From NCBI GenBank assembly GCA_040285745.1, contig JAUFOR010000002.1, positions 1,984,001 through 2,048,000 of the forward strand: a DNA stretch of 64,000 nucleotides, in the 5' to 3' direction. Positions 21,072-31,300 of the stretch are shown here, piece by piece. The stretch is from Barthelona sp. PCE. Taxonomy: Eukaryota. The translations under genes were made by a program, and so were the position numbers. The first letter of the stretch is position 1. Each line of letters starts with the position of its first letter. Under the pieces are notes generated by a model. That model was not told the origin of the DNA. It saw nothing but the letters and a program-made list of their open reading frames with translations, and searched no databases.

Positions 21072-21159
21072 GTAAGTTTTTATGAGATATATCCAATAAA
21101 AAATGCTAAATAGTTTATCGTCTCACTTTTTCTGTTTCTCCATATCTAACTTATTTCAG
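21072..21159 (+). other. Candidate 88-nt spliceosomal intron
   Basis: CAG|GTAAGT donor, CTAAC at 21146-21150 and TTATTTCAG acceptor. Removal joins ATG 21018 in frame to the downstream ORF. Confidence 0.35.
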
Positions 21160-21198
21160 CGTTTCAGCTGTTTCATACACAAAAATTTTCTGGTAGAT

Positions 21199-21768
21199 AT
21201 GGATCTTGAGATCTTAAACAGTGACTATGAGGAATGGAAAGATCTAGAAATCTCAAGCATTGATGATTTTGGTCAGTTAAATCGCATTCAAGTGCAGCAA
21301 AAACTCGACGCAGCGCTCATCATATACAACTGGTACTCAAAAATTAAACATGAACGTCGTCTTAATACCAGTGATAGTTCTATATTCGCACAAGAACTTT
21401 TAACAAGTTCTAAAACATCTTTACCCGTCGCACAACAAGGAAATCCGATCATTATGGAGAACAGACCAGCTAGTTGGAACATTGCAGAAGAAGCTTTACA
21501 GCAGAAAGTTGAAAATTGGTATTCTTTACCACACAATATAGCTCGAATTAGATATTTACAATTTGCTTTTAGAAGGCATAGATTCAGGATAATTTGCAAT
21601 CGAATTTTAAATAGAAATCCAGTAAGTGGAACATATTGTGAAACTGAGTCAGAAGTAGATTTGGATGACAGTGATTTCGCTCATTTAGATAGAGAAATGA
21701 TTGAAGATATTGAAGATTCTGACTTTGAAGTTCATCCTAGTGGTGAATGTTGTTGTAATCTTTTGTAA
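21199..21768 (+). CDS. Hypothetical protein with IQ-like motif and acidic tail (5' end uncertain)
   Basis: IARIRYLQFAFRRHRFR resembles an IQ motif. Start may be 21199, or 21018 if the candidate intron is spliced. Confidence 0.6.
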   Translation: MDLEILNSDYEEWKDLEISSIDDFGQLNRIQVQQKLDAALIIYNWYSKIKHERRLNTSDSSIFAQELLTSSKTSLPVAQQGNPIIMENRPASWNIAEEALQQKVENWYSLPHNIARIRYLQFAFRRHRFRIICNRILNRNPVSGTYCETESEVDLDDSDFAHLDREMIEDIEDSDFEVHPSGECCCNLL

Positions 21769-21811
21769 AAAAGTGAATGTTTATTATCTTATTTCATTTT
21801 AATTTTCCTAC

Positions 21812-24800
21812 TTATTTTTGAATCTCATTTTCAATTGATTCAAGCCATTTCAATACATCTGATGTCTTTGTACCATCCATAAATGGAAAACCACGTCTTC
21901 CCTTAAAAATCCTTCGCAACCACTGATCCATTAGATTCAATATACGTTTCAACTGTAACATTAACAATCCAGCGTTGAACTCTGATATAATCAGTCTGAA
22001 ACGAGGGTCATGGATTGGCATATCGTTTAACATACACAGGCAACCAACTGACAGTCTTAGATTATAGTTCAAAGACCTATCCTGCGCTAAAAACTGATAG
22101 AACTGGTCCAGACCGGCCAAACTCAGTAATGTATTAAGGTACGCGCTTGTGACAAACACGTGACGGTTGAAAACAGATTCAATTCTGAAGGTGTCAGAGT
22201 TCGAAGGTACTTCAGAGAACATCTTGGGTACTCTCCTCATGTATTCTGTTGCACTTGGAACGTTGACGCGATCCTTTGGTATAATAAGCTTTGCAAGACC
22301 TGTTGTCTCATATCTGGCACTGCATGTTGAGCAGAAAACTTCGAAGAAGCCAAAGAAGGGATCGTATCCAAAGCGAATACTATCACCAATCAATCTCGCC
22401 TTACCTTCATGCTTTACCAATAAGAATGAGACAGTTATGAAACCAACAATCTTGCGTTCGTGGAATATACCCGCCAGAGCAGCCATGACATCGTCGAAAG
22501 CAGACGGTGGAAGACCTCTATACGGGAACTTTTCTCCCATCTTAAGCTTACCGTACATTTTTGTATCTGAAATTGCATGTATCTTATGCCTACTGTCATG
22601 AAACACCTCGAGATGAACGGTCGGCCTGTCAATCACGGTGTCTGGTTCAACAACCTCTTCAATCACGCATCCGCTACGGTCTGCCATTAACATAAAGTCA
22701 GGCCATGTGTCAATACCCTCCAATTCGATCGCTCGATTCTCCAATAGACACTTGAGCACGAGTGTTGACAGTTGGTTCTTGGTCTCGAGGTCCATATCAA
22801 TCGTGTCAACCTCCTTGGAATAATCAACCAAGAGTTGACCGACCTCTGATGGGAGGTTGAGAGTATCGTAGAATGCACGAATATCATTATCGTTCACTGT
22901 GATGACCCACTGTGTGACGGAGGGCTTTTCAACAATAAGAACACTTAGATGCGGTAACACGTCATCACTGTTGAAAATACTGCTCTGTCCGAACGGAATT
23001 GCGACGCTAGCTGCTTGGAACAAACGACGCACACCACTCCTCTTGCTATACTTGAGTGCAGATGGATGTGGACCATAAAGTGGGGTGTTTAACTCAACTG
23101 CAAGTTTCCAGTCATGAAGTGAAGCGTTGACTGGTACAAGACATGGACGCTTACCCATCAACATATTGCGCAGGCGTCCCAACGAGTGGTTGTCAACCAA
23201 CATGCGTGTGGAGATGGGGAGCATGGGAAGGTCCTGTGGTGTTGGTGCAAAAAGAGACTGAGGTTTGAGATCCTTGTGAGATAATACTGCTATAGTTTGT
23301 AGCGCCTTGTATATACTTTCCTGTGTTTCCCTATCCGTGATAATGAAACCTATGCGCGGGGATAGAATGAGTGGCAGTGACAACCGCTGTTGGAGTAGCT
23401 CAGTCGATGAGGCACACGATGAAAGAAGCACTGTGAGATCCGTCTCCATGTTAAGGCTCTCGAACAATCGATCTGCCTCCTTTCTGAAATGCAATTCCCT
23501 ATCTTCAAGGTACTTGCGGAAATCTAGCTTCTCTTTGTATGCCAAATAAAAATCACTTATCACTGCAATGGCCTTTTGATTAAGCTTGCGCTGGTGGTAC
23601 TCCTTGCGGACGACATACCCTCTGTACACGGCCTGTATCTTGACTGCAGCACGTTCCTCAGCGCCGAGACCAGTGAATGGGTGAGCTTTCATGAATTTTT
23701 CAGTCTCAGTTCTGTTAGCAACGCCTATTAATAAATCGTTCAGCTCCAAAACCCTCCTCTCGTACAAGAAGATGGGGAGAACATCTGTTACTAAACGTTT
23801 TCCGTCTATATACATTGACGGTAAACCATAATTATTGAGAAAATCTTGATACTGTTTAATGATCTCAATGAGATGCCCTCTGATGACAAGATTAGTCCTG
23901 AGGAATGATTCTTTCTCAGGGGAGTCTAAAAGACCTTCAGGTGTCATAATAAGTGTGTGTAATCCGAATTCATCTTGAAGACTGTCATAATCTCGGGGTC
24001 CTTCTTCTTCAACATCTTCGTGAACCTCCTCGACCGGTTCCTCTGCCGCCCCTGGGTTCGTGAACTCCATAGTTACCACATTAACTTTGGGCTTCGGTGT
24101 TGATCTTTTTTCCTTCGTGAAGGGGGGTACCTTATCTGGCTGATTTGATACGTTTAATCTAACATTGTGAAGGTTCAATTCGAACTGCTCTGTCTCTGTT
24201 GTCTCATATAAACGATGTTCAGCTGCTTCTTCAGCCGTATGTATTTTCATCTTTGTTGTTGTCAATGGCAGAATTGGGGCTAAATCGAGATCTGTGGGTA
24301 ACAGGCCTCGCTCCTGGAGCGACAGCGCGCCGGTTTTGATATCTGCAACTGTCAACTGAGGCAAGGGTGCGTTAGGATTTCTTCTGTTTTGAATTGGCAA
24401 AAGTTTCTTAGGTCCTGAAGTTTTTGCACTGTACAAATTGCCCTTGATCGGGGCGCTCATCGTCCTGCCAAGCCTCTTTTTCTTTGGAGGCTTACCAAGT
24501 ACTTCAACTGCCTTCAAATAATTAGACTTGCGCATTTCTTCTTCTGTTGGCCTCCGCGGGATATCCAGAGCACCTGGCTCCGTTGAATGTGTGAGGGGAT
24601 TTAAAATATCGGTTACACTAAGAGTTCCTACTGGTTTATCGCTTATAGTTTGTACAATAGTATTTGCCTTTTGTCCAATCTCGTATTCCGCTCTATCCAG
24701 CATGATTTCAAGGTCCTTTTGTGTGACCTCCTCCCCAGAATTAATTCTCTGTCGCAAAAGGGAGAACGTGTTTTGCACATCACTGAGTATTGCCCCGATG

Positions 24801-24835
24801 TCGTGTATATGGTAGCGAGCTTCTAAGTCGCTCAT
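21812..24835 (-). CDS. IQCH: IQ domain-containing protein H-like
   Basis: DYDSLQDEFGLHTLIM, IQ motif AAVKIQAVYRGYVVRK, and LYGPHP...YSKRSGVRRLF...AIPFG. Confidence 0.75.
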   Translation of the reverse strand: MSDLEARYHIHDIGAILSDVQNTFSLLRQRINSGEEVTQKDLEIMLDRAEYEIGQKANTIVQTISDKPVGTLSVTDILNPLTHSTEPGALDIPRRPTEEEMRKSNYLKAVEVLGKPPKKKRLGRTMSAPIKGNLYSAKTSGPKKLLPIQNRRNPNAPLPQLTVADIKTGALSLQERGLLPTDLDLAPILPLTTTKMKIHTAEEAAEHRLYETTETEQFELNLHNVRLNVSNQPDKVPPFTKEKRSTPKPKVNVVTMEFTNPGAAEEPVEEVHEDVEEEGPRDYDSLQDEFGLHTLIMTPEGLLDSPEKESFLRTNLVIRGHLIEIIKQYQDFLNNYGLPSMYIDGKRLVTDVLPIFLYERRVLELNDLLIGVANRTETEKFMKAHPFTGLGAEERAAVKIQAVYRGYVVRKEYHQRKLNQKAIAVISDFYLAYKEKLDFRKYLEDRELHFRKEADRLFESLNMETDLTVLLSSCASSTELLQQRLSLPLILSPRIGFIITDRETQESIYKALQTIAVLSHKDLKPQSLFAPTPQDLPMLPISTRMLVDNHSLGRLRNMLMGKRPCLVPVNASLHDWKLAVELNTPLYGPHPSALKYSKRSGVRRLFQAASVAIPFGQSSIFNSDDVLPHLSVLIVEKPSVTQWVITVNDNDIRAFYDTLNLPSEVGQLLVDYSKEVDTIDMDLETKNQLSTLVLKCLLENRAIELEGIDTWPDFMLMADRSGCVIEEVVEPDTVIDRPTVHLEVFHDSRHKIHAISDTKMYGKLKMGEKFPYRGLPPSAFDDVMAALAGIFHERKIVGFITVSFLLVKHEGKARLIGDSIRFGYDPFFGFFEVFCSTCSARYETTGLAKLIIPKDRVNVPSATEYMRRVPKMFSEVPSNSDTFRIESVFNRHVFVTSAYLNTLLSLAGLDQFYQFLAQDRSLNYNLRLSVGCLCMLNDMPIHDPRFRLIISEFNAGLLMLQLKRILNLMDQWLRRIFKGRRGFPFMDGTKTSDVLKWLESIENEIQK

Positions 24836-25354
24836 CTTACCTTTTTTCTGTGTTTATGGTGAAAAAAGAGAAAACACTTTTATTTGTCTTAAAGCATATT
24901 TACTTACTGTATATTATCGTGAGTAATCAAACGCAACTCTAAATTATGGACCACAAGTAAAAAAAAGGAAAATAGGAAATTCTGATTCTATCTGCAGGGT
25001 TTTTCTATTCACCTTTCAAACTTGAACAACCGGCGAGAACCATGGAGTAAAGATAAAAACATGTAAAGAAATCTCAGAGTCTTCAAAACATGGCCCAAAA
25101 AATGAAAAACTTTAAATCTGCTTCAAATTACCTTGATACGCTTCCCCATAAATACAATCCACACCTACACTTTTTTACGTAAGTCAAATAAAGATAAAGG
25201 AATTTTTGTGAAATACAGCAATGTCTACGTTTTTAAGGGCTCAACCCCATTGCAACCATTCTTTTTCTACAGTACAGGAGCAAATCACCAACATAAGAAA
25301 TAGTAAGAGTGTTTGGACTCTTACAAAACACTATCCAATTCTTCCTCTCTTTCA

Positions 25355-28300
25355 ATGCAAGCTAGCTTGCATCAATTGACGGAACAACTGTCATGCCGTG
25401 ACCTTATCGGCGTCTACGAAGAGCTACGAAGCTCATTCTCCGAGAATGAGACAATTAGCAACAGCGATCTGGGCATTATCGTCAAAGCAATTCCTACTCA
25501 CTCCGCCACACACTGGGAAAACGTAGACTTCAGTTCTATGATGGAGAAGTTCGTCAGAGACCTGGTAGCACAATACCCAATCTCCAGTGTTGGGCTTGTG
25601 AGATTGGCGCTAAAGACGGTCAAGACTGCACTCGTGGACTACTATCTGCAGTGTTTTCCTGTCGTTCTTTCGTCAGAACCTGTTCGAAACTTACTAAATA
25701 CCAATACAAAGGCGGCTGTTAGTTTCTGTAACTTTATGGTGATGTTAACGACAAAAGCGCTCAAAGCACACCCACTTGACAGGGTGTACACCTTTGCACA
25801 TGCCATTACAGCTCCCATGCTCAAGGTATTTACAAAGGGCGGATTGTTTTCCAAACTCGACAACGCATCAGCTATTCTTGTATTCAGACATCTTTTTGAT
25901 CAGGAGCAGGTGAAGAACTTCTTCTGTAATAAGGTGATGCTCACCTCCAATCCTCTCTCGAAAGTGCTAACCCCCATTGTTAAGGATTTCCTCCTGGAAC
26001 AAGAAGATCATGAACCTTTCATTGCACAGTGGAACCGCTGTGCCCGACGCAGCCCCAAGGTTGCCATTGCTTTTGCTGAAATGTTTTTTGATTGTAACAT
26101 AACCCTACCTCCTGATTTGCTTATGAACTTAATTGACCGTGATTTTAAAACATCTTCACCATCAATCACTCCAAAATTCCTGTGTATTGTATGTAGCGCA
26201 CATATTGAGGCTCTGTACACTGTCATGGAACATTTGAGATCAGGTAAAACAGAAATCGTTACAATTATTGTTAGTGCTTTGTTGAAATTGGTTAATATTA
26301 TTGATCATGATATCATTGATATCGACCGTGTCTTCTCCATTCTTGTCGAGTGCCTGAACAACAAACGCTTGCAGATACCTAACGTTCTATCTCAGCTCAG
26401 TAGTGTTATGGCTTATCTTATTGAATTCGTCAATATTCGAAGATATGATTTATCAATCGTTTCAGATTTGGTTAAAACGCCTTCATCAAGGAGTGCTATT
26501 ATGCCTTTATTCTCGAATCCCTTTGCTCAATATGATGTAACTGAAGAAATGCGTGAATTATTTAGAGATATTGATACTTCATCTGAACTTGCAATCTTTA
26601 GATCAATTTCAACGATTTCTAACCTTCATATTGATGATACAATTCACAAACTATTCGATCATCCTCCTCGTATCTTTTTCACCCCTCAAGAGAAAAATAT
26701 TAGAGACGCTTACAACTGTTACCTCTCTATTGGTTTAAGATGTGCTGACATTGGTCTAGAGCCTTCACAGCGCTTCATGAATCTCTTTGCAACTGCTCTT
26801 CAACGTCGCAAAGCATTTTCCAGCAGATTATTTGAACGTGCGCTGTTTGGCAATCGCACCCTTGTTTATTTTATGATGAGTCAGTTGCTGACCCTCCCCA
26901 ATAACAAAATGCTTGCTGACTCTCTTGTGAAGGTCGCCCTTCGGGGTTCTGTTCTTGATGACCGCGAGCTCACATATATTGTTTTATACGGTCTTAAGTG
27001 TGGTGTTGAGAGTGATGATATATCTGCTCTATGGAGCAAAATCAACGACGTTGTTCCTTTCTTCCTTTCAGCAACCCCCAAGGCATTAAACGCTTTCTCT
27101 TCTAATGATATTCCTTCCCGTGTTCTACTTCCTTTCATGCGGCAATTTAATGAGATAATCAATCCTCTTGTTGTTGCTCTTGAGGACCTCAGTGAATACG
27201 ATAAGCAATTATTCAAGCACGATCTAAATACCGTTTTGGATCGCAATTTGTGTGCTGCAATTTCTGCTGTTGATACTGAACTAGTTGAACTTAAAGAATT
27301 CGTTGCAAAGATCAAGCCTCAACACCAGGTTAACGATGACCAATGGTTGCTTCAGGAGAAGAACAGTCGTCGTCTTGAAGTATTAGAGGCAGCTCAGCAC
27401 GAACGTGATTGGCTCACTAACGATGATGAACTAGAATCTTATGACGAAGCAAGGAGAGTTGAAGCTGACCGTAAGCTCGTTATTGATACTTCTGTCACCC
27501 GTCTGGCATTTGTTTTAGATACTGTTGTCAACATGGTCTCTGATATTTCTATTGCTGGCGGTTTGGAATTTTCTGACATGGTCACTCGCCTATACTCTCT
27601 CCATTTCCTTCCTGCTATTGTCGAATCCACAAAGGCCTTTCTATTGGCACTCTTGGCTCACTGTAACGTACAGGGAGAAGCCATTGTTGATGTTTGCTGG
27701 AGTGTTGCTGGTTTGGAACGCAAAAATGGATATCTGTCAGATTACTTTGATGATCGTGAACTCGTTGCTGATGCAGTTGATGCACTTGTATCAATTTGCT
27801 CCCCTGAACTCGTATCTCTCTCATTTTTCATTCTTAATCTCTTTGTTGATGAAAACCTCACCTCCACTGATGAATTCGATAGAATCATCAGTTGGATTTT
27901 CCAAGGTATGATGAACGGTTCAACGCTCATGATTCCTTATTTCTATAAGTTAGTTGAACGTGCCATTGACAGATGTTTACCTCAACAGGTTCAAGTTCTC
28001 ATTCAGCTGAGTTCAGAAGTCACCCCTCAGTTTGATGCGGTGACAAAGTGGCGTGATGTTTACACTGCTGAGACCATCACCAATAGTGACTACTTTGTAG
28101 AATTTGTTCTCTGTACCCTGCAAGTATTCCCTGGTATTATCGAAGATGTTGACGTTTGTGTTGATGTTCTTATTCTTGCTGCTGATACGCGTAACACTGT
28201 TCTGGCCCCTATTGCCGATGCCGTATTTGCTTCAAAGTGTGAAACATTGCTTAACAAAAACATTATTGTACCTGTGGCCCCCATTGATTCAAGCATGCAT

Positions 28301-31300
28301 GACCGTGTGAAGTCTGTTATTGATGGTGCTGAAACCCGTATTGTTCAGCCATTTGTTAGATTCAATGATCTACTTCAGCGTAACGAGTCCCATATCACTG
28401 ATCGTGTACTTGAGGCTGTTAAGATGGCCTGGGAAATGTGCAAAATGCACGTTTCTTTCAAAGACCTCGCTTATGGTCTTATTGTGCACTATCACGTGCT
28501 TTGGTCGAGTATTTTTGAGAACCCCCGCAACTACTCCAACCCCAACACTAAGAAGATTAAGCGTTCTGTCCGTGATCTCACACGTGATCAGCGTCTTTCT
28601 ACCCTTCGTATTATTGAGGAACTGACCAAGTGTAACGTCTCTTTCGATGAGGTTCACGATGTCGTGGTTTTCATCATGATTACAGTCACACAAACAGTTT
28701 GTGATATGCACGAACCTGTCACCGATGTGTGTACCAGCATCATTACTAATTTAATACCATCGATTGCAGCTGAGAACTTAGTTGAAACCATCGACTTCTT
28801 CCACTTCTTCTTCGATACTGTTGCTGCTATAATGGAAAGTTACACCAAGGCTAAAACCCATGTGGGTGATAATGCTTTGGGTCAAGTTTTCCTGGAGAAG
28901 CTGCGTGCTTCAGAGGCTTCATACGTGAACCGAGTACGTGTATCCATTATTTTAATGCTTGCTTCAGCCACATGCCGCCTTTCACTTGCAGATAACACAG
29001 AAACCGTGCTAGGTTCTCTTGCCCAGCTGTTGGACGCTCTCAGATTACCCTCAGAGTCCGTCCAGAAGAGTATCGCAAAATCTCTGCAGTCCATTCTCAA
29101 GACCTTGAAGGCAAAAGAGCTCGCTGAAAGCCATATCTTACAGCCACTTAAGCTCCTAATCAAGTCCGATGAGGACCTTCACATCCGCCGTGGTGCTTGT
29201 TACGGTTATGCTGGTGTACTTCGTGCTTTCGGTGTTCGTTCAATTAAGGAATACGCTTTTATCGATTTCTTCAATGAATTATCCCTTGAAAAGTCCCCCA
29301 ACATGCGTGAAAGCGCTATTATGTTGGTTGGTGCTCTTTCTTTCCTTTTCAACAGAGTTTTTGAGCCCTACTTCCTCCAAGTGTTTTCGACAGTCATGCA
29401 ACTCCACTCCGACAGAAACCCCAGCGTACGTGTCGTCGCCGACGGCGTCCTCAAGGTTGTTATGGTTAAACTGTCAAAGAATGGTGTTGACCAGGTCCTT
29501 CCTGATGTCCTTGACCAGCTTTCTAGCGTTAAGTGGCGTCTTAGAACCGGAAGCGCACGCATGCTCGCTGTTTTGAGCTACTGTGCACCCAATATTATTG
29601 CTAAGTATCTTCCTTCAATCGTAAGGTCATTGTGTGATCTGGCTGTGGATACGCACGATGAAGTAGCAAAGGCCGCTAAGGAGGCACTCAGTGTTGTCGG
29701 TAGCGTTGTTCAGAGCGCCGAAATCGTCCGTCACATTGAAATTGTCGTTAACGCGCTTTCTAAGCCAGCTGTCTTTATTCCTAAGGCTCTTGATGTTCTG
29801 GCTAATACAAGATTCACAACATCACTGGATGCTGCTTCAGTATCTTTGCTCATGCCTATCGTGAAGCGTGGTATCGAGTTCAAACGCTCAGACGTCAAGA
29901 ACAATGCTGTTCGTCTCATTTCAGTTATTGGTGTTTTGTGCGAACGTGATGATATTCTAATTTACAGTGATGATCTGTTCAAGGCTCTCATGAATAACAT
30001 CGTTGATGCTATTCCACGTGTTCGTGAAATCACAGCACTCGCTGTTGGATCACTCACCAAGACTCTTGGTTTCGAACACATCAACCCTCTTCGACAATGG
30101 TGCGAGACTACCATGATCAACGCCGATGCCTCCCTTGAGAGAAGCGGTGCTGCCCAAGGTCTTGCTAACATTCTTGCTGCTCTGGGTATTAATACGCTCC
30201 GTGCGTATTCAAAGCGTGCATACGAAATGGCTACTGATATGCGTTATCCTATGGAAACAAGAGACGGTTACCTGTACTTCTGGTACCATCTCTCCTCTGC
30301 TTTCCGTGAGCGCTTCAGTGAGTTTGTACCTCAAGGTCTTGAGGTTATGATGATTGCATTTTCTATGCCTGAGCCTAACCTCCACCGTATTGCCATCAGT
30401 ATTGGTGAATCCCTTATCAAGCGTTTCGGTTGCAGTACTCCTATTCCTTTCGCCGAGGTACTCATCCAGGGTATGACATCCGAGAAGGTTGCTATTCGTT
30501 CCAGTACTATTCTTGTTATGGCCAAGTTCTTGCGTCAATTGATGGACTTCAAGATGGCCAAAAAGATTCAAGATTGGAAGGAACAGTCCAATGATGAGGA
30601 TACAATCACCAAGAAGATGGGTGAGCTCAACAAGCTGAAGGCAGGTTCCACTGAGGATGTGATCTACGAACAAGCTCTTGGTCCTCTTTGGGTTGACGTT
30701 GTTGCTTATATGTTCTATCTTCGTAGTGATATCGCTGATAACGTCAAGCAGGGCGCCATGTCTGCATGGGGCAACCTCATTCAGAACAAGGGCCCTACAT
30801 TACGTAAGTATGCATCATCTATTGTCAAACGCATCGCCTCTGTTCTCCGTCAGTCAGTTGAGTTCCATCTTGCCAGATTTGACTATAAGGGCATGAATGT
30901 CGACCGCCTTGTCAGCGATATTGACGCAGTTATGCCAGATCTTGTAATGACTACACGCTCAGCAATCAGCGATCTGTGTAGTATCCTCAAGATGCAGGCC
31001 GTTGATCATGTCATCAAGTCTGTCGCCGAGTATTGCAAGTCAGACGCTATCGAGGATAAACTCACTGGTCTCTTCCTCATTCAGGGTATTTGCTATGGAT
31101 CTGTAGGTGCACTTGGTGCAAAATCATTCGAGCTGGCTTCTCATGTTAAAAACTTTATCATGATGGACGATTACGTTCTTCGCTTGCACGTCTGTCAGAC
31201 TTACGCTGCCATTACACATGGTTTCGGTCCAAAGTGCCTGGATAGCACTCTGAACGTTATTCTTGGAGGTATGAGTACTGATCAGGAGACATCCACAAAG

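Noticed and set aside
25179-25379. GTAAGT...CTACAG possible 5' intron and a 52-codon upstream ORF (ATG 25221) overlapping the GCN1 start
   Set aside because: No CTAAC branch site and no effect on the coding frame; likely promoter DNA.
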